Assembly (NCBI GenBank): GCA_963668175.1
Contig: OY764159.1
Span: 3,776,001-3,840,000, forward strand
From: Syntrophales bacterium
GTDB taxonomy: Bacteria; Desulfobacterota; Syntrophia; Syntrophales; PHBD01
DNA: 64,000 bases
Reading direction: 5' to 3'
Shown here: positions 1 to 10,184 of the stretch, piece by piece
Layout: every line of letters begins with the position of its first letter
Position numbering within the stretch: the first letter of the stretch is position 1
The notes under the pieces: model-generated
The model's database searches: none
Told to the model about the DNA's origin: nothing
Seen by the model: the letters and a program-made list of their open reading frames with translations, nothing else
Translations under genes and position numbers: made by a program

Positions 1-10
1 AGTATTCCAT
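1..10 (-). CDS. possible 5' start of a gene running off the window
   Basis: Minus strand reads GTAGGAGAA-ATG GAA TAC T, an SD-like AGGAG closely followed by ATG at 10; only 3 codons visible. Confidence 0.3.
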
Positions 11-119
11 TTCTCCTACAGTGTGGGATATCCCCTATGCAGCCGCCCCGAAAAACAAGGCCCGCCCCTGAAAGGCGGGCCGCGTCATGAATATCCGGTC
101 GGAGCCGCGAGACCCGCAA

Positions 120-383
120 TCAACATTTAAAAGGATAGAAATGACTGTAGCAATACGCTTCCGGATCGCTCTGCTTCAGCTCCGCATCGATCATGCACTG
201 ACCGATCATCTTCTTGGAAACTTCTTCGTAATCGGCCCGCGCTTCTTCCTCTTTCTTGCACGCCATACAGATAGCTTTATGGTCGTAGCTCGACAATATC
301 CGTTGATCCTTCTGACCCAGACGGGCACGGCACCTCGGACATTCCGTCGCACAGTAGAGTTGCTCTTTCCAATCCTTCGCCAT
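120..383 (-). CDS. small Cys-rich hypothetical protein, possible metal (Zn) binder
   Basis: 87 aa ORF; CxxxCxxC, CxxC and further Cys; AGGAGGA SD upstream. Confidence 0.75.
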   Translation of the reverse strand: MAKDWKEQLYCATECPRCRARLGQKDQRILSSYDHKAICMACKKEEEARADYEEVSKKMIGQCMIDAELKQSDPEAYCYSHFYPFKC

Positions 384-644
384 ATTCCGATCCTCCTTTC
401 CCTACCCTGATGAATAGCCTCTGTCCCGATATCGTCATGCAACCTGCAACCATGCCGGACCTCTACGCCGGAATAAATGGACTGACATTTCCCCCACTTC
501 GAGTCCATTCATTAATGATATATGTATCGCCGGACGTGCTGTCAATAGCAGGAGGATTGAATCAAGGATGGTACGGATTCCCCTGTCCTGCGGATAGATT
601 ATGTGCGGCGGGACGGGCAGAAAGTTCACGCCCGCCTTCGGGAA

Positions 645-1064
645 TCACTCGCCGATGATTTTGACGAGGACGCGTTTTCGCCTTCTGCCGTCGAATTCGC
701 CGTAGAAAATCTGCTCCCAGGGGCCGAAATCGAGCCCGCCTCCCGTTACGGCCACCACGACTTCCCGACCCATGACCTGTCTCTTCAGATGGGCGTCGCC
801 GTTGTCCTCCCCGGTGCGGTTGTGGCGGTACAGGGAGACAGGTTCGTGGGGCGCCAGCTTTTCCAGCCAGACTTCGTAGTCCTGGTGAAGCCCCCTTTCG
901 TCGTCGTTGATGAAGACGGACGCCGTGATATGCATCGCGTTGACCAGCACCAATCCTTCCTTGATGCCGCTTTCCCTGAGGCACATTTCGACCTCCGGCG
1001 TAATATTCACAAATGCCCGGCGGGTCGGAATGTCAAACCATAATTCTTTGCGATAGGATTTCAT
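645..1064 (-). CDS. yjbQ: YjbQ/UPF0047 family protein
   Basis: Motifs [29 protein letters not shown]; start placed at ATG 1064 behind GAGGGG. Confidence 0.9.
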   Translation of the reverse strand: MKSYRKELWFDIPTRRAFVNITPEVEMCLRESGIKEGLVLVNAMHITASVFINDDERGLHQDYEVWLEKLAPHEPVSLYRHNRTGEDNGDAHLKRQVMGREVVVAVTGGGLDFGPWEQIFYGEFDGRRRKRVLVKIIGE

Positions 1065-1073
1065 TTTCACCCC

Positions 1074-1529
1074 TCAATAGATGCCCTCGACACAGCCCCC
1101 GGCCAGCACGCCGCCTAATTCCTGGCATTTCTCCAAAGTCTCTTCCGTGACTTTTCCCTTGCAGACAACCGGATTGTAGACCATTTTGAATTTATAGCCC
1201 AGGGCTATTCTTTCGATGGCTCGGAGGGCGCCCGTTCCGTCATTGCCCGCACAGACGAATACGACGTAAGGTTTCCGGAAAACCTTTTCGTGGGCGGGGT
1301 AGAAGGTCCGGTCGAAAAAGTCCTTGACCATGCCCGCCATGTATCCGAAATTTTCCGGCGTGCCGACGGCGAGCCCGTCGGCCGCGAGCAGGTCTTCGGT
1401 GGTCGTATCTCCGGCCCTTTTCAGCTCGACCGAGACGCCTTCAATCTGCCTGGCCCCTTCGGCCACCGCCTCGGCCATCTTTTGGGTATTGCCGGTCTGG
1501 GAATGATAGACGATGAGTATCTTGGCCAT
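1074..1529 (-). CDS. flavodoxin/WrbA-like NAD(P)H-dependent oxidoreductase
   Basis: FMN phosphate loop YHSQTGNT, GTPENFG. Confidence 0.85.
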   Translation of the reverse strand: MAKILIVYHSQTGNTQKMAEAVAEGARQIEGVSVELKRAGDTTTEDLLAADGLAVGTPENFGYMAGMVKDFFDRTFYPAHEKVFRKPYVVFVCAGNDGTGALRAIERIALGYKFKMVYNPVVCKGKVTEETLEKCQELGGVLAGGCVEGIY

Positions 1530-1668
1530 TTGTTTATATTAAAAAAATGGTATTTATTCAACATGTTAGTGCATATCGAGGCGGAAATGGCATGCAAGCG
1601 ATCGAAACTTCCCCTATGGAAAAAAGCGCCCCACGGGAACCGTGCGGCAAGCTCATTCGGCCGCCGGA

Positions 1669-2286
1669 TCAGATGATGCCTAAAAGCTTCTTCTTTTCCT
1701 TGAAAGACTGGGCCATCTCGTCGATGATGTCGTCGAGGAGTTTCCCCGCCGAGGCGGCCTCGGATTCCCTGTCGATGATGTTGAGGATCTTCTTTTCGCC
1801 GACGTTCTTCGCCTTGTCGTTTTTCATGATCTCGCCGGACCACAGGACTTCGCCCGTTTCCACCTTCACCATCTTGGCCGTCAGGTAGACTTCCGAAAAG
1901 TGGATGAAGTTGTTTCTCCGGTCTTCCGTGTAGGTGTGGAGCGTCCCCGTCAGAATGGTATCGGCGCCGAGCTGTTTCAACTTCTGCTTCGTTGTCTCGT
2001 CCATGATCCCCGAATCGGTCTGCTGAAACTTGACCTCCTCCATCACCTTCTTGATGTCCGTCCGGTCGACGAGCTTAAACTTGGAATCCACGAGGGCAGC
2101 CGTGAATTTATCCGCGATGATATCCCGGTGGACGGAGACATGATCGCCCCGGTTGAATGTCAGAATGGCGATCCTGTTGATCTTAGCGGGACTGTAATCC
2201 TTGGAAAAATTGATCTTGTGAACGACCGCGGCCGAACAGGCCGTCAACAAAAACAGGCTGATTGTGACACAAAGCTTCGTTTTCAT
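1669..2286 (-). CDS. lipoprotein, CsgG/LpoB-like fold
   Basis: Lipobox LLTAC after MKTK; LVDRTDI..VMEE, LGADTILTG, VKVETGEVLWS motifs; GGAGGTG SD. Confidence 0.7.
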   Translation of the reverse strand: MKTKLCVTISLFLLTACSAAVVHKINFSKDYSPAKINRIAILTFNRGDHVSVHRDIIADKFTAALVDSKFKLVDRTDIKKVMEEVKFQQTDSGIMDETTKQKLKQLGADTILTGTLHTYTEDRRNNFIHFSEVYLTAKMVKVETGEVLWSGEIMKNDKAKNVGEKKILNIIDRESEAASAGKLLDDIIDEMAQSFKEKKKLLGII

Positions 2287-2516
2287 AGCTTGACACCTCC
2301 CCGTTTCTCCCCCCAAGTTTAAGGGCAAATTGCTATGATTAGGCGGACCTTGTCAATCGATTTTTTAATGATAATATAGATTATAGAAAACGCCGTCCAG
2401 GAACGGGTTCATGTTGTCGTCGTCTCGCGACGCAACACGAGAATTTCCGATATAATATTTGACATCCGGATTGGGTCTGTGGCAGATAAAATCACTTTTA
2501 AATGCAGAGTTTAAGG

Positions 2517-3419
2517 ATGACATCAACCGGCACGGTGAAAAAAAGCGACGAGACTTTTCCCGTAAGCCTGGCCCCCGGTCTCTGGATGCTGGGTCACGGC
2601 TTCTTTACGGTCTATCTCGTTCAGGGAAGCCGAAAGACGGCCCTGATCGAGTTGGGCGTCTCGGCCACGGTCGACGCCGTCGTCGCGCAATTGCAATCCC
2701 TGGGGATCGCCCCCGATTTTCTCGTCATGATGCATCCTCACGGCGACCATATCAACGGTCTTCCGGGGCTCCTCCGCGCTTATCCCGCTGCCCGGGTCGT
2801 TGCCGGGCCGGGCGCCGAAGCGTTTATCGCCCATCCCAAAACGGCCAAGGCACTGGTGGACGAAGACCGGTTCATTACCGATTTTATGGCCGCACAAGGG
2901 GTCGTTTCCGTATATTCGCCGCTCACGGAAGCCCCGACGCTGGCCGGTTCCCGTGCAGTCAACGACGGCGATACGATCGACCTGGGAGGCCGGACACTGC
3001 ATTTCCTTACCGTCAAGGGTCACGCACCCGGCGGTATCGCCGTTTCCATCCCGGAGATCGGGGCCCTCATGCCGTCCGACAGCCTCGGTTACCGCTTCTC
3101 CCGGGGCGGCTTCTTTCCCATATATTTTACCGGATACAACGACTATATGGCCACAATCGACCGCCTGGCGTCACTGCAACCGGAAATACTGTGTTTACCG
3201 CACCAGGGGGCCTTGTGCGGCGAAGGCCGGAACCGGGCCTTTGCCGATGCGCGCCGCGACGCCGCCGACATGCGGAACAGGATTCTGAACGATGCCCGCA
3301 GCGACGATGATATCGTGGCGGATATCTTCGCCGATTTCTACCGCGACGAATTGAAACTTTACACCAGGGAAAATATCGTCGGCTGCTGCCGCCTTCTGAT
3401 CAAGAGGAGCAGAGAGTAA
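2517..3419 (+). CDS. MBL-fold metallo-hydrolase
   Basis: HPHGDH (HxHxDH), GHAPG, SD and PHQG metal ligands; start uncertain (2502 or 2517). Confidence 0.85.
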   Translation: MTSTGTVKKSDETFPVSLAPGLWMLGHGFFTVYLVQGSRKTALIELGVSATVDAVVAQLQSLGIAPDFLVMMHPHGDHINGLPGLLRAYPAARVVAGPGAEAFIAHPKTAKALVDEDRFITDFMAAQGVVSVYSPLTEAPTLAGSRAVNDGDTIDLGGRTLHFLTVKGHAPGGIAVSIPEIGALMPSDSLGYRFSRGGFFPIYFTGYNDYMATIDRLASLQPEILCLPHQGALCGEGRNRAFADARRDAADMRNRILNDARSDDDIVADIFADFYRDELKLYTRENIVGCCRLLIKRSRE

Positions 3420-3423
3420 TCCA

Positions 3424-4965
3424 TTGAAACAGCGATTGTTTATTCTTTTTACCGTCCTCGTCCTTTTGTTTCCTTCCGCCGGCCGGGCCAATTCCAATGG
3501 AACATTTTCGGATGCATCCGTCTTTCAGGGTAACGAGCTGATCAATCTGGAGCGTTTCCGGCAGATCGTCGAGGCAGCCCTCTCACGTTTTGAAATGCAG
3601 GGCACCCTGGCCGGCTTCAAAGTCGTCGACCTCAATACGGGCCTCATCATTTACGATTTTAACGGCAACGTCCTTTTCAACCCCGCCAGCAACATGAAGA
3701 TCGTGACAACATCGGCCGCCCTTTACGGCCTCGGCCCCGGATACCGTTTTACGACGTCGATCCGAACGGAAACCCCTCCGGACACCAGGGGAACGGTCAG
3801 GGGCGATCTCTACGTGATCGGTCGCGGCGACCCTTTGCTCAATCACGAAAACCTCCAGCGGCTGGCGGCGGACCTGTACCGTTCGGGGCTGCGGACCGTC
3901 AGGGGGGATATCGTGGTGGACGATTCCTTTTTCGATGCCGCCCGTCAGATTCCCGGATGGGACAACGATAACGACCAGAGCTGCTACTGCGCTCCCATGG
4001 GCGCCCTTTCCGTCCAGTTCAACACGGTCTGGGTGGCCGTCCAAGCGTCGCCCAAGGCCGGGCGAAGGGTCCTGGTCGGCCTCACGCCCCAATCGGACTA
4101 CTTCCGCATCCGGAATTCAGCCACAACGGTCCGCAAAGGACGCGCGAAATTGACCGTGAAGATATTGCCGGGAACTCAGCATCCCCAACTTATTATCCAG
4201 GGACGCCTCAACCGCCGGGACGGCAGCGTCACGGCATGCCGGAAAGTCGCCGATCCCGCGGCATATGCAGGGTGGACGCTACGCCGTTACCTGACGGCAC
4301 AGGGCATCCGGATTCGCGGCAAGGTTAAAGTCCGGAAGGCCGACGGCCTTGCGAAAAACGAGATTCTGAATTTCTACAGCCCTACCTTGGAAGAGCTGAT
4401 CTATCATCTGAACAAGGAATCGAACAACTTCATGGCGGAACAGATATTCAGGACTGTGGGCGCCGAAAAGAAGGGGGCGCCGGGTTCGTGGGAAAACGGC
4501 AGTGGCTTTACCGGCGAATTCCTTTCGCAGGTGGTCGGCGTCAAGGAGGGCAGTTACGAGATACAGAACGGTTCCGGCCTGGGCATGGACAACCGTCTTT
4601 CCCCGGACGCCCTGATCCGCGTCCTGCAATACATGTATACCAATCCGGCCCTGAAGAATGCATTCCTCGCGTCGCTCCCCGTCATGGGACTGGACGGTAC
4701 GCTTCGCAACCGCCACAAGAACAGCGACGCATCCAACCGGATCATCGCCAAGACGGGCCTCCTGAACAACGTCATGACCCTCTCGGGTTACGTGGAAACG
4801 AAGGGTTGCGACAGGCTTGCCTTCTCCCTTCTCTTAAACAGGATCGCAATGGAACCCAAAACTCCCCTACGGAAAATCCAGGATGAAATCATCCTGGCCA
4901 TGAGCAACCTGGTCCTCAATCCGGCCAACCAAAGCTGTCCGGCCCTGCGGCCGGCGGCGCAATAA
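3424..4965 (+). CDS. dacB: D-Ala-D-Ala carboxypeptidase/endopeptidase (PBP4, peptidase S13)
   Basis: Signal peptide; SxxK (PASNMK), SxN (ESNN), KTG; NGSGL. Confidence 0.92.
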   Translation: MKQRLFILFTVLVLLFPSAGRANSNGTFSDASVFQGNELINLERFRQIVEAALSRFEMQGTLAGFKVVDLNTGLIIYDFNGNVLFNPASNMKIVTTSAALYGLGPGYRFTTSIRTETPPDTRGTVRGDLYVIGRGDPLLNHENLQRLAADLYRSGLRTVRGDIVVDDSFFDAARQIPGWDNDNDQSCYCAPMGALSVQFNTVWVAVQASPKAGRRVLVGLTPQSDYFRIRNSATTVRKGRAKLTVKILPGTQHPQLIIQGRLNRRDGSVTACRKVADPAAYAGWTLRRYLTAQGIRIRGKVKVRKADGLAKNEILNFYSPTLEELIYHLNKESNNFMAEQIFRTVGAEKKGAPGSWENGSGFTGEFLSQVVGVKEGSYEIQNGSGLGMDNRLSPDALIRVLQYMYTNPALKNAFLASLPVMGLDGTLRNRHKNSDASNRIIAKTGLLNNVMTLSGYVETKGCDRLAFSLLLNRIAMEPKTPLRKIQDEIILAMSNLVLNPANQSCPALRPAAQ

Positions 4966-5002
4966 AGGGAAGGCCGCCCCGAGAGGATCGGCCGGACTTG
5001 CC

Positions 5003-6742
5003 ATGACCCATCATGCGACTAAAGAGGATATCGGCAAAATCTTCGACGAGATCGCCGTCTTTCTCGAACTGAAAGGCGACAATCCCTTCAAAATAAGGGC
5101 CTATCAGAACGCCGCCCGCCATATTGAATCCCTGGAGGATTTCGAAAGACTGGCGGCGGAAGGAAAACTCTCGACCATCAAGGGAATCGGCGAGGCCCTC
5201 AATACGAAGATCATGGAACTGATAACCACCGGACGCCTTGCCTTTTATGAAAACCTCAAGCGGGAGATTCCGCCCGGGCACCTGGAAATGTTGAAAATAC
5301 CGGGGCTGGGACCGCGAAAGATCAGGACGCTTCATGAACTCCTGAACGTGGCATCGATCGACGACCTCGAGAATGCCTGCAAAGAGAACAGGCTCATGCA
5401 GATTGCCGGATTCGGGAAGAAGACGCAGGACAAGATCCTTGCCGGCATCGAACACCTCAAGGTCTATCACCAGCGCCGACTCCATGCGGACGTTACGGCC
5501 GAGGCCGGGATTCTGCTCGATCAGGTTGTCAGGCACCCCGATACGGTCGAGGCGAGCATTGCCGGATCGCTCCGCCGCTGCAAAGAAACCGTCAAGGACA
5601 TCGACATCGTCGCCTCTTCCCGCAATCCGCTCGCTCTCGGTGGCCATTATGCCGGCCTGTCCATGGCAACGTCCGTCATCGCCCGGGGAGAAACGAAGGT
5701 CAGCATCACGACGGCCTCGGGGATCAATTCCGATCTCAGGATCGTCGCACCGGAAGCCTTTCCCTATGCCCTCCATCATTTCACCGGGAGCAGGGAGCAC
5801 AACACCGCCATGCGGGGCCGGGCGAAAAAGATGGGACTCAAAATGAACGAATACGGTCTCTTCAAGGGCGAAGCCAATATCGTCTGCCGAAGCGAGGAGG
5901 ACCTGTTCGAGGCCTTGGGGCTCCATTATATCCCGCCCGAGATGCGGGAGGATATGGGAGAAATCGAGGCCGCGGAGGCCGGTACGATCCCCGAGCTCAT
6001 CGAAGAAAAAGACATCCGGGGCCTCTTTCACATCCACACGTCGGCGAGCGACGGTACCAACACGCTGGATGCCCTGGTCAAAAAGGCCGTAGAAATGGGT
6101 CTTTCCTACATCGGCATCTCCGATCACAGCCAGGCGGCCTATTACGCCGGCGGCCTTTCACCGGAAGCGATCAGGCAGCAACACGAGGCGATTGATGCCC
6201 TCAACGCCGCAGCGGCTCCGTTTCATATTTTCAAGGGCATCGAGGCCGATATCCTGCCGGACGGAAGTCTCGACTACGACGAGGATATCCTGGGCCGGTT
6301 CGACTTCGTCATTGCGGCCGTTCACTCCCACTTCAACATGCCCGAAGCGGCCATGACGGAAAGGATCGCGAAAGCCCTCGCCAACCCGTTCACGACCATG
6401 CTGGCCCACCCCACGGGACGGCTGCTCCTGGCGAGAGAGCCCTATGCGGTCAACCTGACGGCGGTGATCGATTGCGCCGCCGAATACGGCAAGGTCATCG
6501 AGCTCAACAGCCATCCCCAGCGCCTCGACCTGGACTGGCGCCACTGTATTTACGCCAAGAAAAAGGGCGTCGCCGTGGCCATCAATCCCGACGCCCATCA
6601 TCTGGAGGACCTGACAACCGTCCGCTACGGCATCCACATAGCCAGGAAAGGCTGGCTGGAACGCCGGGACTGCATCAATTGCCTGGATACCGCCGGCATC
6701 AAGGCCCTTTTGAAGCGTACCCGGCATCAAGGTACTGGCTAG
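5003..6742 (+). CDS. polX: DNA polymerase X with PHP domain
   Basis: NPFKIRAY, GSLRR, KDIDI (DxD), HFTGS, NEYGL; PHP motifs HIHT, SDHS, HPTGR, PDAH. Confidence 0.95.
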   Translation: MTHHATKEDIGKIFDEIAVFLELKGDNPFKIRAYQNAARHIESLEDFERLAAEGKLSTIKGIGEALNTKIMELITTGRLAFYENLKREIPPGHLEMLKIPGLGPRKIRTLHELLNVASIDDLENACKENRLMQIAGFGKKTQDKILAGIEHLKVYHQRRLHADVTAEAGILLDQVVRHPDTVEASIAGSLRRCKETVKDIDIVASSRNPLALGGHYAGLSMATSVIARGETKVSITTASGINSDLRIVAPEAFPYALHHFTGSREHNTAMRGRAKKMGLKMNEYGLFKGEANIVCRSEEDLFEALGLHYIPPEMREDMGEIEAAEAGTIPELIEEKDIRGLFHIHTSASDGTNTLDALVKKAVEMGLSYIGISDHSQAAYYAGGLSPEAIRQQHEAIDALNAAAAPFHIFKGIEADILPDGSLDYDEDILGRFDFVIAAVHSHFNMPEAAMTERIAKALANPFTTMLAHPTGRLLLAREPYAVNLTAVIDCAAEYGKVIELNSHPQRLDLDWRHCIYAKKKGVAVAINPDAHHLEDLTTVRYGIHIARKGWLERRDCINCLDTAGIKALLKRTRHQGTG

Positions 6743-6794
6743 AGCAGAAGTAACCGATCCTTGACCCGGTCGGGGAAGTATGAGAAACGGAGAT

Positions 6795-7289
6795 ATGCGT
6801 AAAAGACCTTCCCAGCTCAAGCTCCAGCACGTCGGGGATCTCCTCCAGAAGATCCTCGGGAAGAATATCGATATCCATCCGCAAAACAAAGCCCTCACCG
6901 CCCTGTGGAATAAGGCCGTAGGCCCGGTCATCGCCGCCCAGACGAGACCGGAAAAGCTTGTCCGGGACGTCCTGACCGTCAAAGTGAACGGTTCGGTCTG
7001 GCTGCATCAGCTCCAGTTCCTGAAACAGGAAATCATGGATAAGGTAAACGGCGCAAGAGAAGGCAACCCCTTCAAACAGATCCGTTTTATCCTGGATACC
7101 AGCCCGCCGCCAGCGGCAGGAAAGGGGACGTTCGATTACACGGAACACCCGCTTCGCGCGAAGGACAGGAAGTACATCGAGAAAAGCACGGAGAACGTGG
7201 TCGACGGGGAATTGAAGGATTTACTGCAACGGGTGATGACCAAGGACATTATCCGCAGGCGTCTCATGGAGAAGAAAGGCGGCCGTTGA
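6795..7289 (+). CDS. DUF721/DciA-family protein (putative helicase loading factor)
   Basis: W..AVG..IA.QTRP..L....L.V.V.GSVWLHQL.FLK pattern; start 6795 or 6780. Confidence 0.75.
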   Translation: MRKRPSQLKLQHVGDLLQKILGKNIDIHPQNKALTALWNKAVGPVIAAQTRPEKLVRDVLTVKVNGSVWLHQLQFLKQEIMDKVNGAREGNPFKQIRFILDTSPPPAAGKGTFDYTEHPLRAKDRKYIEKSTENVVDGELKDLLQRVMTKDIIRRRLMEKKGGR

Positions 7290-8022
7290 GGAGCATGGCT
7301 GCCGTTTCGCTCGTATAAGCACCGTCATGCTCGTAAATGACGAGGGGTTTCAGAACCTCCAGTTCCTCCCTCCCTCCTTTGACACCCTCCAGGAGGACAA
7401 ACTCGCCCCCGGTATCACGGCGGGAATGGACCATCATGAGCCGTTTCGGCTCCAGCTGGTTGTCCCTCATCCTGGTGATGGCCTCCACAAGCCTTGTCGC
7501 CGGATAAATGAGCGACACCCTCCCGGCCGCCTTCAACGCATATCCGGCCGCCTTGAGGAAGTCGTCCAGCGTCCCGTTGATTTCGTGGCGCGCCGCCGCC
7601 TTCTGGCCGTCGGGATTGATGCGCCCGGAATGGAGCTTCCGGTAGGGGGGATTGAAAACGATCCCGTCGAACGAACCTTCGTCGACCAGCGAACTTATCG
7701 CCCTGATGTCGCCTTCGCAGATCCGGATCACGCCGTTGAGGCCGTTGAGCGTAACGGCCCTGCTCGCCATGTCCGCCAAATCGTGCTGAATCTCGATGCC
7801 GACGGCGCTTCGGCAATGACCGCAGGCAGCCAGGATCAGGCCTACAATCCCGCTTCCGCAGCCCAGATCGAGCAGACGGTCTTCCGGACGGGATCGGGTA
7901 AAAGAGGCCAGAAGGACGGCGTCGATGGAGAAACGGTACCCTTGCGCCTTCTGAAGGACCTTAAGCCGCCCCCCCAGTGCCGTATCGACAGTCTCCGCTT
8001 CCCCCGCATCCTTTTTTCCCAT
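7264..8022 (-). CDS. tRNA1(Val) adenine37-N6 methyltransferase family (YfiC/TrmN6-like)
   Basis: GYRFSIDAVLLA, LDLGCGSG SAM motif, NPPY, ARHE. Confidence 0.88.
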   Translation of the reverse strand: MGKKDAGEAETVDTALGGRLKVLQKAQGYRFSIDAVLLASFTRSRPEDRLLDLGCGSGIVGLILAACGHCRSAVGIEIQHDLADMASRAVTLNGLNGVIRICEGDIRAISSLVDEGSFDGIVFNPPYRKLHSGRINPDGQKAAARHEINGTLDDFLKAAGYALKAAGRVSLIYPATRLVEAITRMRDNQLEPKRLMMVHSRRDTGGEFVLLEGVKGGREELEVLKPLVIYEHDGAYTSETAAMLLNGRLSSP

Positions 8023-8031
8023 ACCTTACCG

Positions 8032-9273
8032 TCAGTCCAAAAGATGAACAAAAAGACCGCTGCGCAGCTTCGGCTCAAACCAGGTCGATTTCGGGGGCAT
8101 GACCGCAGCCGCATCGGCCACCGACATCAACTCGTCAAGGGACGTCGGATAAAGGGAAAAGGCGACTGCAGCGAGTCCCGAATCGACCAGACGCTCCAAC
8201 TCAATCATTCCCCGGATGCCGCCGACGAAATCGATCCGGCGGTCCGCTCTCGGATCATGGATGCCGAGGATCGGCTCCAGAACGGTGTTCTGCAGGATGG
8301 AAACATCGAGCGAGGCCACGGCATCGTTGCCGCCCGCCGCGACATCTTTAAGAGCCAGTCTGTACCAGTTGCCGTTCAGATACATCCCGAACGTATGGCT
8401 CTCGGAAGGGGATTTTGCGGAAAATCCTTTTTCGACGGCGAAATTCCCGGCAAGGCGATCCAGGAAAGCGGCTTCCGTAAGGCCGTTCAAATCCTTGACC
8501 ACCCTGTTGTAATCCATGATCTTCAACTGGTCGTGGGGAAAGAGGACACTCAGGATGTAATTGTATGCCTCGTCGCCCCGGTGCTCAAGATTGCCCTCGC
8601 GCTTCATCCGGGCGACGGCGGCAGCCGCTGCGGCCCGGTGATGGCCGTCGGCGATATAGGCGACGCCCGCCGCAATAAATTCCCCGACCAGCAACTCGTT
8701 CAACGCTTTTCCATCGATGCGCCATGCGGCATGGGAGACACCGTCGTCCGCGGTAAAGGTATATAACGGTTCGCCCGCCGCTGTCTTCGCCACAACATCG
8801 TTGATGACGGGGGAAGACCGGTAGATGACAAAGACCGGTCCCGTCTGGGCGTTGATCCTGGCGATGTGCTTTGTTCTTTCCAGTTCCTTGTCCGCCCGGG
8901 TGAATTCATGTTTTTTGAGACGGCCCGCCTCATAGTCGGCGACGTGAATGCCGGCCACAAGGCCGTATTGCTCATGGGACCCCAGGCGCTGCCGGTAGAC
9001 GTAGAAACAGGGCTCTTCATCCCTGCAGAAAATGCCGTCCTTGACAAATTGATCGAGGTTTTTCCTTCCCCGGTCCAGAACGGCCTCGCTGTCCGTCGGC
9101 ATGTCTGGCGGCAGATCGATCTCCGACTTTTCAACCCGGAGGAAGCTCAAAGGATTGGCCTGGGCGATGGCCCTGGCCTCTTCATAATTGACGACGTCGT
9201 ACGGCTTTGCAGCTACATCCTTGGCATATGAATCGAGCGGTTTTAACAACCGTAATGTGCGAACCTGAACCAT
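8032..9273 (-). CDS. DUF1015 family protein
   Basis: PYDVV, KKHEFT, YIADGHHR, DYNR, MPPKSTWFEPKLRSGL. Confidence 0.9.
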   Translation of the reverse strand: MVQVRTLRLLKPLDSYAKDVAAKPYDVVNYEEARAIAQANPLSFLRVEKSEIDLPPDMPTDSEAVLDRGRKNLDQFVKDGIFCRDEEPCFYVYRQRLGSHEQYGLVAGIHVADYEAGRLKKHEFTRADKELERTKHIARINAQTGPVFVIYRSSPVINDVVAKTAAGEPLYTFTADDGVSHAAWRIDGKALNELLVGEFIAAGVAYIADGHHRAAAAAAVARMKREGNLEHRGDEAYNYILSVLFPHDQLKIMDYNRVVKDLNGLTEAAFLDRLAGNFAVEKGFSAKSPSESHTFGMYLNGNWYRLALKDVAAGGNDAVASLDVSILQNTVLEPILGIHDPRADRRIDFVGGIRGMIELERLVDSGLAAVAFSLYPTSLDELMSVADAAAVMPPKSTWFEPKLRSGLFVHLLD

Positions 9274-9388
9274 GACCGAAACTCTCCTTGCGATATTTCC
9301 TTAATGCTGACATATTGTGTCCTCATACCACATGAGCCGCCCGATGGACAGGGCAATCTTGATGCGGCAGGCCGCCGGAGGAGACCTT

Positions 9389-9901
9389 ATGGAATGGATA
9401 CGGGTATTCATTCATGGATTGGAAAGCACAAGCCGGGGAGCCAAGGGGCAGTACTTTCGAGCCCGATACCCGGACATGATGATCGGCGACTATGAAGGTC
9501 CCCTGGAAAACCGCATGGCGAAACTCGGGCGCGAGCTTGACGGAAAGAAAAATCTGATTCTGGTCGGTTCCAGCTTCGGGGGGCTGATGGCGGCCATCCA
9601 TACCTGCCAGTATCCGGAAAGCGTCCAGCGCCTGATCCTGTTGGCTCCGGCCCTGAGTTTGCCCGATTTCAAACCGTACGCCGCGCGCACGGTGAAGACA
9701 CCGGTGATCGTTTTTCACGGCCGCGGCGACGATGTCGTGCCCTTTCCCCCTGTCCGGACGATCGCCCGGAAAGTCTTTACAAACTTGGAATATCACCTCG
9801 TGGACGACGACCATTCCCTCCATGAAACCTTTCCGGACATGCCTTGGAATGAGCTCCTTCTCTTTCCCGACACAAAGAAACCTCAGGCGCATAAAGGCTG
9901 A
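9389..9901 (+). CDS. YqiA/YcfP-like alpha/beta hydrolase
   Basis: FIHGLES, GSSFGG nucleophile elbow, HGRGDDVVP, DDDHSL; start behind GGAGGAG. Confidence 0.85.
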   Translation: MEWIRVFIHGLESTSRGAKGQYFRARYPDMMIGDYEGPLENRMAKLGRELDGKKNLILVGSSFGGLMAAIHTCQYPESVQRLILLAPALSLPDFKPYAARTVKTPVIVFHGRGDDVVPFPPVRTIARKVFTNLEYHLVDDDHSLHETFPDMPWNELLLFPDTKKPQAHKG

Positions 9902-9927
9902 CAGGTGGACACTCCCTTATTTTAAGA

Positions 9928-9956
9928 TTGACTTTCGAATCATTTCGACTTAAAAT
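9928..9956 (+). promoter_or_regulatory. sigma70-type promoter of phaE-phaC
   Basis: TTGACT-17 nt-TAAAAT. Confidence 0.65.
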
Positions 9957-10184
9957 TCAATCAGATTCTTGTGATTTAACATGCGGTGCGCGCAGCGGTT
10001 CCTTTTCGTCAGGACCTGTCTGCGGCTTCCCCACATCTTTCATCGTTAGGCGTCCCACGGGACGCATGCGGACATTCGGGATAACAAGGCCCGGCAAATG
10101 AACGTATCCGCTCAGCCCGAAGAAGACATTCACCGCCGGACAGCGATGAACACCATTTTTCTTTCACCCGTCAAGAGGTCGATC

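Noticed and set aside
120..122. Terminal Cys-TGA as a possible CU selenoprotein motif
   Set aside because: Only a weak 4-bp stem follows and the read-through frame has no recognisable features
5003..7289. polX plus DciA-like gene as a novel repair or defence module
   Set aside because: Both are common housekeeping genes with ordinary motifs; adjacency alone is not evidence
7327..8766. 479-aa plus-strand ORF
   Set aside because: Antisense shadow of the methyltransferase and DUF1015 genes; no motifs
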